Below are positions 12,257-24,906 of a DNA stretch of 64,000 nucleotides, one piece after another. The stretch lies in contig OZ024742.1 in NCBI GenBank assembly GCA_964016885.1, positions 35,154,001-35,218,000 on the forward strand, read 5' to 3'. The position numbers and the translations under genes were made by a program. The notes under the pieces were generated by a model that did not search any database, had not been told where the DNA came from, and saw nothing but the letters and a program-made list of their open reading frames with translations. The DNA is from Eledone cirrhosa (Eukaryota). Each line of letters begins with the position of its first letter. The stretch's first letter is position 1.

Positions 12257-13060
12257 ACTAGCATTAAAGCCCGGCGTTGCTCGGGGGTCATTAAGTTACC
12301 AAAGTTAGGTTGCACCACCCATTTTATGGCAGCACTTTTTTGTCTGCCAGGCACTGGGTGAATGAATTGCAGACCTGGAAGCATGAGCTGCGCCAGCAGT
12401 GACAATTGTAGTTTCGCCTATGGATATTATCTCTGTGCAAAAAAGTGTTGAAATTTATTGTTTCACAGTACTTGCGCAACACGCGCATAGACGATGCCAG
12501 CTGAACAACAGAGCTGCGATGGAGTTGTTCTGCATGGTTGTCTGTGTGTTTTCTAAATTTAAGACAGTAGGGAGGGTTGTGATATGAGGGAGAGTTAGCT
12601 GTTGTTTCTAGCAGGTTTAGTGACCTCATAGAGGATATGTGTTTTCTAAATTTAAGACAGTAGGGAGTGGTGTGATATGGGGGAGAGTTAACTGCTGTTT
12701 CTAGCAGGTTTAGTGACCTCATAGAAGATATGTTTTCTAAATTTAAGACAGTAGGGAGTGGTGTGAACGGACAGTATCACCATCAAGCTTGGAAAGAGAA
12801 AGTAGCAGAAAGTATGAACTTGTATAGATTTTGAATGGTAGTAGAAAGAGTTCAGCAGTTTAAATGAGAGAGAAAAATCGTAAAATATTGAGTTTTATCT
12901 ATTTTTTGCGTAATTGTGGGTGAAATTGAAAAAATTATCTGCGTCAAGACGCAATCGAAGCTATTTCGAATACTGAATTGTAAATTTCAATTGAAGAAAT
13001 TCTATATCGTAGATTTCTATAACGAAGGAGCATGACCACACACTGAGCTTTATAGATTAT
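12257..13060 (+). mobile_element. Non-autonomous Helitron/Helentron-like element with an internal ~91-bp tandem repeat
   Basis: Starts TACTAGC...CCCGGCGTTGCTCGGG and ends CTTTATAGAT, termini typical of invertebrate Helitron-like non-autonomous families (by recall). Internal repeats at about 12547, 12639 and 12731. Confidence 0.5.
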
Positions 13061-13196
13061 GATGACCCTCCCAACACAAGATTTCACATCAAGAATCCTG
13101 AAAAACGAATGGAAAAAATTGAGTGTGTATATATATATATATGTGTGTGTGTGTGTATGTACTGTGCTGATGTCATAGAAAAAAGCTCCCAGTATA

Positions 13197-14408
13197 CAAG
13201 GGTCGGCTGAAAAGTTTTTAGGCTGACCAAGATACTCTCATGGAATGTGACCAAATGAGGTTTATTTTTCAACATAGTCCCCCTTGCTGCCCACACATTT
13301 TTTCCATTGGTGTTGCAGTGCTTGGACCCCATTAGTGAAGAAGCTTTCATCCTGTTGGTCAAAAAGTCATCAACAGTATGTATGATGCCATTATCTCTGT
13401 GATACTGGTTCCCAGCCAAGTCTTGTTCATTCTGAAGAACAGATGACAGTCAGATGGAGCCAAATTAGGAGAATAACGAGGTTTAAAGCCACAGTCATGC
13501 ACAGCAGCCATTGGAACCAAGGACTTGTGTGTTAATGAAACAAGACCTTTTTCATCAGTTTTCCTGGGCATTTGGTCTTGATAGCCTTTTGTAACTGCCT
13601 CAGCAAGTTACTATAGTACTCTCCATTAATGGTGTGGCCCTTAGTGAATAAACACAATACTTTTTGCATTACCTTCTCTGCAGATTAAACGACCTCAACC
13701 TTTTTTTTTTGGAGCAAGTGAGGAGGCGTGTTTCCATTGCATGGATTGTCTCTTTGTCTCTGGCTCAATGTGATAAATCCAACACTCATCCTGAGTTAGG
13801 AAACATTCCAGGAAACCCTCTGGATCTACATCAAACAGTGTCAGATTTTCCTGTGATGTGCACTTTTGATCAGGTGTCAAAAGACATGGCACCAACCAAG
13901 CAGAAACCTTTGTAATGCCAAGTTCATTGTGAAGAATATTCTCAATTCTCTCAGAGATATGCTAATAGCATTGGCTACTTGATTATTCAATCTCCTGTCA
14001 TCCACACCATGTGGTGAACTTGGTCACTGTTTTCCTAGGTGGTGGTAGTTACAGGACATCAAGACCTTAGGTCATCTTCATATCTTAAATTCAGCTGCCC
14101 ACTTCTGCACTGTTGATAAAGCTAGAACGTCATCCCCTAATGTAGCAACCATGTCAGCATGAATGTCCTTAGAGGCTAAACGTTTTTTTTTAGCAAGAAC
14201 TTGATAACACTGCGATGCCAAATTTTCTCCATTTTCAAGAGAAGTTGCTACTAGTTAATTTTGAAGTTTTCTTTGGTCAGTCAGATGTCAATTTACCTGG
14301 AGAAAAACAATACAGTTATTAATAAGAAGAATTGAAATTAATGCAAGATTTCACAGCTCTTGCATCACGCCTTCATAGTCAGCTTATGAACTGTTCAGCC
14401 CACCCTTG
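13197..14408 (-). mobile_element. Degenerate mariner transposon
   Basis: TA-flanked TIRs CAAGGGTCGGCTGAAAAGTT / AACTGTTCAGCCCACCCTTG. Fragments VPCLLTPDQK, TQDECWIYHIEPETKRQSMQW and YSPNLAPSDCHLF correspond to the mariner WVPHEL, TGDEKW and YSPDLAPSD motifs. Confidence 0.9.
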
Positions 14409-14970
14409 TATGTGGTTAGCATTAAGAAAGTCATCCAGCCATAAAAAAACAAACCAAAAAGGGAATGTTTGGGCAAGACATGGTTATATGTCCTGTCTGG
14501 CTTCATAATGTGACAGCCCACCTTATCCATCGTGTGTGTAATAATTAGTGTGAATTTCAGAAAGCCAGTAAAAATATTATTTTGTTTTGTTTTATTTGTC
14601 TGTCTGCCTGCCTTTTATATATTTCTACCACATTGTACTGGCTTTCAGAAGTTCTCATCAATTATTTCATATCTCACAATGTTTCATAATAACTATACTA
14701 CTTTATATGTGTGTGTGTGTGTGTGTATATATATGAAGGTGCATGGCTTAGTGGTTAGAGCATTGGCCTTGCAATCGAAAGGTTGTGAGTTCAATTCTCG
14801 GACCGGGTGATGTGTTGTTTCTTTGTGCATGACACTTTATTTCACATTGCTCCAGCTTACTCAGCTGTAGAAATCAAGCCAGAATCAGTTCCCTTCCCAT
14901 CCTTGCAACCAGGGAAAAGCAGACGTAAAATGATGAAAATGATGATGATGATATATATATATATATATAT

Positions 14971-15238
14971 CCAGGCCGAAACAAATGAGATTGTGTAGGT
15001 GTCACGACAAAAAAACACACAGTCCACGCTGTAATGTGGCCGTGTAGGCAACACGGTAAAAACCTCCCAGACCCACACTGTAAATGTGGTTGGTGTTAGG
15101 AAGGGCATCCAACTGTAGAAAACCTGCCAGACAGTCCTATGCGAGCAAGACAATCACTCTTGCCTCAAGTGGGACTACCCCCGTCCAAACCCATGCAAGC
15201 GTGGAACACGGACGTTAAACGTTGATGATGATGATGAT
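14971..15238 (+). mobile_element. RTE subfamily A 3' UTR-only fragment
   Basis: Matches 5025-5399 without the internal duplication; (TA)n on both sides. Similar minus-strand fragments at 23845-24000, 26370-26722 and 44300-44486. Confidence 0.9.
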
Positions 15239-16080
15239 ATATACACACACATCACCAGTCTGAAGAGCAGATCGATAATGGAGTCGGGTCCATAACTTCT
15301 ATGGATCACCTTGAGACAATCCTCTGCGAAAACACATAACACAATAAAAATCTTGTACATGTAAACGAAACTTCCTCATTTTTTCTAATATATATATATA
15401 GGTGTCACGACAAAAAGCACCTAATCCACATTGGAAAGTGGTTGTATAGGCATCACAACAAAAGGTACCCAGTACTCACTGTAAAGTGGGTGTATAGGTG
15501 TCACAACAAAAGGCACCCAGTACTCACTGTAAAGTAGTTGTATAGGCGTCAAACAAAAGGCACCCAGTACTCACTGTAAATGAGGTTGGCATTAGGAAGG
15601 GCATCCATCCGTAGTTCTGAATGGGCAAGACAAGGTCACCTAATCTAGCAGTGCTCACGACAGGACAACTCATCTAAATCATGCTAGCGTGGAAGAATGT
15701 ACGTAAAATTGTGAGTGATGATGGTGATGATATATATTGATTTGAATTGCAATGCAGTGAAAATAACAACATGTACTCAATACCATTAAATAGATTGGAA
15801 TAACATTTATTCAAAGCTGAATCTTCATGAGGTGCTACTCTGAGTTTCTGGGTGAGGTGGGGCCCCCATTTTCACCAAGTCATAGGACCTTGTATAATAA
15901 AGGTGATGATGGTAAATGGGGTGGGGTGCTGGGTTAAGTTTTCACAAGGAATGTTAGCATCTCAAGTGAAGTGAGAAAGTCTAATCAGTTAGAAGATTGA
16001 ACCTAGCATAGTGTTTGTTCACTGAGATTTTACAACCACATTATAGCATCAACCACACGTGCATACATGCAATCACTTAT

Positions 16081-16111
<31 letters not shown>

Positions 16112-16139
16112 CTAACACACACACTCATTTGCATATACA

Positions 16140-16790
16140 TAAATGTATAAAATCGTAAATATATTTCCAATATGGGGTGTTGACATAGCATATTTCATAC
16201 ATAAATTATGTTAATGTGTTTAGATTCTCACCCAATCATGTTATATTTCCAATATATTTTGCACATATATTATCTTAATGTTGATGTTATTCACATTTCC
16301 AATGTGGGGTGTGGACATAATATATTTTGTACATAAATTATATTAATGTTGAGATTTCTAATATGGGACATGGACAGTATCTTTTGTACACAAATTATGT
16401 TAATGTTTTGTGATTCTCACTGGATCGATTGTATTTTCAATATGGGGGCATGGACATATATTTCATATATAAATTATTTTAATGTTGATGATATTAATAT
16501 TTTAAAATATGAGGCATGGACAGTATATTTCATACATAAATTATGTTAATGTTGGTGTTATTCATATTTCCAATATTGGAGTAGAGATATAATATATTTT
16601 ATCCATAAATTATCTTTATGTTGATGTTTTGAGATATCCAGTTTGAGGTATGGACAATGCATTTTGTACATAAATTATGTTAATAATTTGAAATTCTCAC
16701 CCAATCAAGTTGTATTTTCAATATGGGACATGGAGATTGTATATTTTGTACATAAATTATATTAATGTTGATGTTTTGAGAATATTCCGA
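16140..16790. repeat. Degenerate ~60-bp AT-rich minisatellite downstream of the GPCR ORF
   Basis: Recurrent ACATAAATTATGTTAATGTT...TTCCAATATGGGG...GGACA units. Confidence 0.7.
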
Positions 16791-16890
16791 TTGAGTTGTA
16801 ATGATCAGCCTTTTTTTTTTTCTTTTTTTTTTTTTTTCTTTGGTGGGGTGGCCAGACATGATCCTTGCAGAATATTCTTGATTGTTTCTC

Positions 16891-18531
16891 TTAGAGTTGA
16901 CTGATTCTGAAGTCTGGTGGCAGAGATGAAGGTAGCATTGACTGAGCTGCTTCTTTCAGAGCCGGATCTTTGCCATCTCCCAGGCAGCACTGGCTGAGCA
17001 TTGTGCGGAAGGCCTTGTAAACTGCTGTGTCTGTAAAGATAATTGTGAGGGGGAAGATAACAGTTGGGATGCCTGACAGAGCTGTGGTGCAGATGAGGCT
17101 GTTGATGTAAGAATCGAGGGAGATGAAACTACAAATCACCTCTGTCAGAAAAACTGGGATTATTGAGGCTATGAAACTTAGTAATAGGATGACACAGATT
17201 TTGTAACATTGAGTCATGTTTACATCGTGGATCTCCTTGCTGATTGATGGGTGGGATTCTTCTTCCGTCACAGATTCAACCATGATCCGTGGCGGCACCG
17301 AAGACTTTTTGCCAAATGACTTGAATGATGACGTTGCTTCTTCGATGCTGGATGGTGTCCGTACACTTGGCTGTGCAAAAGGATTTGGTGGAAGTTCTTC
17401 AGCAGATTTGAATGATGATATACTGCTGTGGCTTTTGGGATCTTCCAATTGGGCCTGCAAAGCTGCAATGTCCACTGAGAACTTGCGTACATATTGATAC
17501 CCCTGCGCTTGGGTTTGGTGATCCGTATAGCCATTATCACCAAGTTCCCCAAATTGGCAGATTGTGTGTCGCCGCCGGCCAAACATTTGCAAAAATGCTC
17601 CTGAATTAAAAGTAAAGCTGTTCTTTTTCTGAGTTGGTGGCTCAATTTGTGTCACCCCTGATGGATTATTGCTTACAAGAAGTTGGTTCTGGGGCTGAGA
17701 ATCCTTTCGTAATGGCTTTGTTTTCAGCTCTTTGTACTCGCTACCCGAATCACTGGGAGTCAGTGTAGGAAGGGTTAAGGAGTGCTCAGACGTGGAAGCT
17801 ACAGAGTTTGCTCTGGGTTTCTCTTGTGTTTTATGTCTGAGTTTTATTGCCAGAAGCACAATACTTTCGATGAGCAACAAGCCAATGAGTATAGTAAGTA
17901 CCAGGATCTTAATGAGGTGAGATGTACTATTTCGGATGTGATAGAATGCTTGACTATCTGTGGACAGTTTATACGAGTATGAAAGTACACCATAGAGAAC
18001 ACCTATTGCAAAACCTGTACTTAAAACCAATGGGAGCCCAACAAAGATGAGGAACTTTCTACATGTTTTGGTGTAGCTGTATTGACTAAATAGAAACGAC
18101 AGAGCTAGCAAGACCAACAGGCCAGCCTCAGTTGTAATTAAAAGAAGAAATAATGCATGTGTTGTCTCCTTGACAGACAGGAACAGCATGTTACCATTAT
18201 GATACATGATTAGGCAGACAATCTCCAATGGTGACCATATCACATTGAAAATGATGGTAATTATGAGAAGGGTAGTTAGTAGAACATAATAGTGATCCTT
18301 TATCAGACGGCTGACCGCCATTGTTGTGATTACGACACTGCTGCTCAGGAACCCAACCACTGCCGTGAAAGCCAAGGCAAACATTGATACTACTAAAGAA
18401 TGAGCACGGAAAACCTGGGCTGCTCTTTCTCCATTTGCCTCCGTACTCTCATTAAGGAGGGACAGTATAGTGACTGTCAACATTTCTGGGACACTCCCAT
18501 TGCTTGGCACTGATTTGTCACTCGTATTCAT
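16891..18531 (-). CDS. Orphan 7TM GPCR-like protein (546 aa, intronless ORF)
   Basis: Only long non-TE ORF in the window. N-terminal N-glycosylation sequons (NTS, NGS, NES); five hydrophobic segments, a ~200-aa Ser/Pro-rich loop, then two more TMs (TM6 SFIASIIP; TM7 IFPLTIIF); a helix-8-like segment followed by CC. Confidence 0.85.
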   Translation of the reverse strand: MNTSDKSVPSNGSVPEMLTVTILSLLNESTEANGERAAQVFRAHSLVVSMFALAFTAVVGFLSSSVVITTMAVSRLIKDHYYVLLTTLLIITIIFNVIWSPLEIVCLIMYHNGNMLFLSVKETTHALFLLLITTEAGLLVLLALSFLFSQYSYTKTCRKFLIFVGLPLVLSTGFAIGVLYGVLSYSYKLSTDSQAFYHIRNSTSHLIKILVLTILIGLLLIESIVLLAIKLRHKTQEKPRANSVASTSEHSLTLPTLTPSDSGSEYKELKTKPLRKDSQPQNQLLVSNNPSGVTQIEPPTQKKNSFTFNSGAFLQMFGRRRHTICQFGELGDNGYTDHQTQAQGYQYVRKFSVDIAALQAQLEDPKSHSSISSFKSAEELPPNPFAQPSVRTPSSIEEATSSFKSFGKKSSVPPRIMVESVTEEESHPSISKEIHDVNMTQCYKICVILLLSFIASIIPVFLTEVICSFISLDSYINSLICTTALSGIPTVIFPLTIIFTDTAVYKAFRTMLSQCCLGDGKDPALKEAAQSMLPSSLPPDFRISQL

Positions 18532-18608
18532 TGTTCCTGTATTATTATTATTATATTTTCAGAAACACAGTTGCCAATACATCTATTGTCATTTATGTAA
18601 ATGAGGGC

Positions 18609-18657
<49 letters not shown>

Positions 18658-20859
18658 TGTATGTATGTATGTATGTGTGTGTGTGTGTGTTGGGAGGGGG
18701 GTAGACAAATTATGTATTTATATGTATGTTTTTACTTTTTTGTATATATGATATATATGTGGGTATGTGTATATGTTAATGTATGCAAGCAGATTCACGT
18801 CTCTTTGTCGTTAAATTATTTTCAAAATATCTCAAAACGTGTCTCATATGATTTATCTACTGTTATATTCTCCATTTCATATATACTATGATGATGCCAA
18901 TGATGAATCTTTTCTGAAAGTTTACCTTCTTCCATATATTCCATTATTTTAGTTTAGTCAGCCCTGTTGAATGCAGCATTCTGGCCCAACATTCCCTCGA
19001 AGCTACATGGATGCATGACTGCACAGTTACTGTGTTGGTGCCATGTGCCTGAAGCTATATTGGTGTGTTGCATGAAATGCTGCCACTCAGTAGTTTTGAA
19101 ATGTTGATAGTCTCTGTATTGGTGCCACACGCATCAAAATGTTGCAGATCAGTAGTTTTGTAATGTGGGCAACCGCTGTAGTTTTACCTCACACGTTAAT
19201 ATATTGCTGTGCTGCAGTAGCTTTGAATTTAAAATAGTTTTGCTCAAAGCATCAAACGTTCCACTCAGTGGTTGGGAAAAATTAGAAGGAACATTGATTC
19301 TGGGATAACTAAATGCTGTTTTTGGATTGGCTGGTTTAAATTAGTGGAAGAGAAAGAGCTTTTTTTTTTTTTTTTGTTACCTTTGTCTCTTTTTATTCAA
19401 ATCTATTTTTCTTTTCATTTGGCTTTTGGATGTGTGTGTGTATGCATCTTTTCATATACCAATTAAATATTTATCCTGCTATTGGTTATTGATGTATTAT
19501 AGATACATGTATTGTTTTATCCAATTTCTTCTTTCTTTTCATTGCGATTTTTCCGTAAGAGAAAAGAATAAATGAAAAAATCCGTCTTGATCAATGGTAG
19601 CTGTTGTTTTTAGGAAGGAGAGGAGACAAGTCCCTGATTCTAATTGAGGTCAGTTCTGTCGTCTTGGGAAGTAAGTCTGAAAATAACAATGTTAGATAGA
19701 ATATTAGAATAATGAAAAAATACATATAAATAAATAAGAAATTAACTATAATACCAACAGAAATAACAACAATTATATGATAATGACAATGAACAAAGTA
19801 ATAACAACAACTAAATGACAGTGACAGACCAAACAACAACAAACACTACTGCAACAACTACAACTACCCCCACCACTATAATGGGAGCACACAGTATTTC
19901 TATAAATGTGATATTTTCTCTTCTTCTCTATCTCCTCATTCTTCCTCACTCTCTCTTCTTCTATCTCTCTCTCTATTTCTCTACCTCTCCATCTCTGTCT
20001 CTCTCTTGCTAGCTATTCCTCTCTCTTACTATGTAATCATTTTCTAGCTTCTCTCATCACCTTTTACATCTCCCCATCACCTTTCCTTCTCCCATATCAT
20101 TTGAATTTTCTCCTCACCTCTACCCTTTCATATATTACCATCCCCCCCCACATACACATCAGCACTATCGTCACCACCACAACCTCCCTCCTTCACTGCA
20201 CAACCTTATCCTTCTCACCTTTACTCCATCATATACTACCACCACCACCACTACCAATCGTTCTTCATTACACTACCTTATCTTCTTTCATATTATGATC
20301 TCTCCCCACAACCAGCCCCACCCCTGCTCACTCTCCTTTGGGTTCACTACTCTACCCTATCTTCAAGCTGTCCATCTGTTTGCCTATGTGTTCAGTCATT
20401 AATTAAACAGCCTCCTCACTTCTGGATTAAGATTACCCCTTTCTATTCTTTCAAATTTCTAATTAACATTTTCTGTCTGTCTATCTGCTCTCTCTTTTTG
20501 TCTGTATTGCTCTCCATCTATCTAGTCACTGTCTGTATGCCTATCTTCTCTCTTCTTTCTCTTCCATCATTCTTCTCTCTTTTCCACACTTCTCTTTCTT
20601 CTACTCTTCTCTTTCCTCCAGTCTTCTGTCCCTTCAAGTCTTTAGTTTCCAATCCACTGCCCTAAAATATTAAGAATTTACAACATAAGCATAAGGCCAT
20701 AAATGTTGGTGTAAGATATGATTGAATATATCAATGATGGTAGCTGACTAGTATTTTATTATCTACTCACAGAAGGATGAAAGGCAAGGTTGACCTGTGT
20801 ATTTGATCTCAGAACATAAAAGGGACATAACTAAAATACTGGGTGGCTTTTTATCTCAT

Positions 20860-21290
20860 GGGGGACATTACAGGGAAAATAAGTTAATAAAAACTTTCTG
20901 TTTCAGTTTTACCACATTTGACATGGCTGAATAGGGGACATTAAAAGGAGTATAGGTTAAGAAAGTCTCAACATTTCTACATTTGACATGTCTGTTGGGA
21001 GGAACCATTACAGGGAGAATAAGTTAACAAAGACTCAACATGTTTACATTTGACATGTCTGTTTGGTGAGAGGCATTACAGGAAGTGGAAGTTAATAATG
21101 ACTCTCTATGTCCCAACATTACCACACTTGACATGTCTGGTGGGGGTAGGGTTGTGGGGCATTACAGGGAGAGGAGGTTAATAAAGACTCTATGTTTCAA
21201 CATTGCCACATTTGACATGGCTGATGGGAGGGGGGACATTACAGAGAGGAGAGGTTAATAAAAATTCTGTCTTTCAACATTACCATACTT
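20860..21290. repeat. ~63-bp minisatellite, about 7 degenerate units
   Basis: Recurrent GGGGACATTACAGGGAGAGG..GTTAATAAAGACTC...ACATTTGACATG. Confidence 0.75.
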
Positions 21291-21575
21291 CACTGTGTCT
21301 GATGCTACAGGTTCTGCAGTAATTCAACTGTGGCTAATTTACTTTTCTTACTGACATTAAGAAATACACACACATGCACATACATACATACATACACAAA
21401 CATAGATACACACACATTAACATTCACATACATAGACACACACACACATTCACATATATGCACACATTCACACATAGACACACGTAGTTTCCTGTCTACT
21501 CAACTGTGTAATCTAAGTGTAAATATAGATTTAGTGTAAATATATCTGTTGTTGGTGGAGGTGTTGTAGTAGTAG

Positions 21576-21607
<32 letters not shown>

Positions 21608-22974
21608 ACCACCATTACTATTATTGTTACTGTTATCCCAGCCAGCAATGTGTGGATAATTCAATAGCAAACACACACTGATATTCGAACGTAGACACAC
21701 ACTCATAGTGATACACACACACACACACATACGGTGACACACTGTTAAACCAATCAGTTCTGAAACATCCATAGATTCTGCGTATTTGAGATGTCATCTT
21801 CTCACTGAGATCTGGAATTTTTCTACTACTACTACTACTACTACTACTAGTCTGTTTCAAGGTAGATTTAGCTGCTATCTCTAGCACGTTGGCCAACCAC
21901 ATAGAGGCTCCTTTGATGGTGATGGTGGTGACTGCCAATAAAGCTAATCACTGAGTCGTTGGCATTACAAATGCCATCCAAGTGTAAAATTAATTGTCTC
22001 AGCAATTATAAGCACGTCCAAATTGCATTGTATTTTGTGCCATACTTCAAAATTTGTTGTTGATTTATTCCATTCTATACTTTGTACTCAAAAGGCGCTT
22101 CCATTGGTTTGGTCACATACTTTGCCACCCATGAGGTGAACTGATCTGTGATGCAGTCATTCCTGAGTTCCTTCTGATGTGGCTTAAACAACTAGAGGGA
22201 CAATTAAAAACCTGGATTGACACAAGTGACCTTGAGTTGATATTGAGTCCTCATTTGTATGGTGTCCACTATTGTAATTGACTGAGAATATCTGTTTCCA
22301 AAGTATGTGGTCACCATGCATGGGCAATCTCTGTTCATGATGCTGTGGATGCACTATTGGAATTGTGACTGGACATCCTGTGGTTGCTATACATGAGCAA
22401 CATCTGCAATGCTGTGGATGCACTGGTTGGGACCAGCTCAACCCATCATGGTTGGACGTTGGTGCATGTACAAATAAATCGAAGCCGACTGCAGCAGTGT
22501 CATCTTTATATATGTATGTATATATTTATGATATAATATAAGCAGTAATTGCAATGCAGCCCAGCATACAAAAGAAAATTAAATAAGAAAACATTAGAGA
22601 CAACACATCTATACTCTACAGAGTTAACCACACACAATGATAGCTGATTAATGTTAATGATGGAAATAATACTAGTAACACAGTACAATGTTAAAAATAA
22701 ACAGGCAGGCAGCAGCATACACTGGTTTAGAAACAAAAAGAAACACCCAACTGATGACATAAACAGTTCAAATTCCAGATGTAACAATAACACCTACACC
22801 AACATATCATCATCAGCAGCAACCATTTTAATTTATAGCTGGCTGACTGGTTGACTCTGGGGGATTGGGCTGATCATTTACACCTCCAGACCTTTATCTC
22901 AGCAATTAATAGTGGCAATCTCAGCACCACCTGTTGCACAGAATGATCTATGTAACTATCTATCTGTATCATAT

Positions 22975-23002
<28 letters not shown>

Positions 23003-23005
<3 letters not shown>

Positions 23006-23127
23006 GGAAAAAGTATGACCCCGACGGCAGAGCTCAAGCCGTTTCGACGGCTATTTCTGGACTCTGAGTCCAGAAATAGCTGTCGAAACGGCTTGAGCTC
23101 TGCCGTCGGGGTCATACTTTTTCCTAT
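23003..23127. repeat. Near-perfect 125-bp palindrome with a one-sided tail to about 23205
   Basis: ATAGGAAAAAGTATGACCCC...GGACTC-T-GAGTCC...GGGGTCATACTTTTTCCTAT. A single arm recurs at 36978-37035. Confidence 0.9.
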
Positions 23128-23528
23128 TTCCCACTCTACTACCCTAAGTATTGAGTACTCTGGTGCATTATGGTCCATCTTGTCCCTTACCACAATTCCT
23201 TTGTTATATATATATATATATCATCATCATTTCATTTTACGTCCGCTTTTCTCTGCTTGCAAGGGTGGGACGGGAACTGATTCTGGCTTGATTTCTACAG
23301 CTGGATGCCCTTCCTAACACCAACCTATATACATTTTAGTACAGCATTAACGAAGCTTTAGATCGCGACCAAGCTAACGAATGCAAATTCGGTCTGTAGC
23401 TTTAGCACTCGGATGGGGAAAGGTACCCCAGAGTAATAACAATATGTTTAGGCAGCTTAGCAAATCAAATATAGCGATCGGCAGTCCAGCCGCATCACTA
23501 GAGCAACGAAAATCCAGGACTCAGGAAA

Positions 23529-23563
<35 letters not shown>

Positions 23564-24854
23564 CTGGGTGATGTGTTGTTTCCTTGAGCAAGACACTTTA
23601 TTTCACATTGCTCTAGTTTACTCAGCTGTAGAAATAAGATGATAGGGACTGGGGTCCATATCTTTCCACTGCAAAGTGGTCGTGGAGGTGCCACGGCAAA
23701 AAAGCACCCAGCACTCACTGTAAATGAGGTTGGTGTTAGGAAGGGCATCCAGCTGTAGAAATCAAGCCAGAATCAGTTCCCGTCCCACCCTTGCAAGCAG
23801 GGAAAAGCAGACGTAAAATGAAATGATGATGATGAAATGATATATCATCATCATCATCATCGTTTAACGTCCATGTTCCACGCTTGCATGGGTTTGGACG
23901 GGAGTTTTCCCACTTGGGGCAAGAGTGGTTGTCATTGCTCGCATAGGACTGTCTGGCGGGTTTTCTACAGCTGGATGCCCTTCCTAACACCAACCACATT
24001 TATATATATATATAGAAAGAGAGAGATTGGGAGTTACCAGTTGGAATAGTAATACCATATTCAGCTAAGTACTCAATACTTGGGAAAGTAGAAAAGTTAG
24101 TGCTCCACAGCTGAACCCACACTGTTTCAACGGCGAGTGGACAACTGAATTAAATTGTTACTTTCAGCTATGACAAAGCGGTGTTTCACCAGGGGTGAGG
24201 TTGTGAGAGGATAAGTGGAATGGCACTAACTTTTAACTATATATATATATGAGAGTTTTGAAGTTTGCTTGAAGCATTGTGGAATAATAAGTTATATTTT
24301 CTTTAGGTCGTTTTGGAAGCCTCAACAATGCAGATGGGTAATTCTCCGGGTAACAAGATCCGGTGGTGAAAAGAGAGAGATGTAAGGGAATGTAGAATGA
24401 GATGTATAGTGTGTAGAGGAACGTAGGAAAGAGCGTAAAAAATAAAAATAATAACACGCGATAGAGTTACCTTGGGAGAAATTTAATTGTCCCCATATAT
24501 TTCGGATTCACATCCATCAACTGGGGTTTTTTTCCGGGGGGGGGGGGGGGGGTTTATCTGTTGGAAGGTGCGAAACGTGTCCTCCGCTGTTGTTTTGATA
24601 TTCAAAACAGCGGTCATAGTGGTAGTGGTTATAGTGGTGGTGGTGGTCATAACGGTAGTGGTCATAGTGGTAGTGGTCGTGGTGGTGGTGGTCAGACACA
24701 GGTGTTGAGTTTATTATATTACACCTAGCATTTGTGGACTGAATAAATCACTGGCATATATATATCATCATCATCATCATTTTACGTCTGCTTTTCCCTG
24801 CATGCAGGGAAAAGCAGACGTAAAATGTGTATATATATATACACACACACACAC

Positions 24855-24906
<52 letters not shown>

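Noticed and set aside
19614-19670. Possible plus-strand exon (TTTTTAG...GTAAGT)
   Set aside because: Only 57 nt, no recognisable protein and no partner exons; cannot be supported without RNA data.
22000-22500. Minus-strand WVAKYVTK resembling a Helitron Rep motif
   Set aside because: Single short motif; no HUH or helicase motifs recognised nearby.
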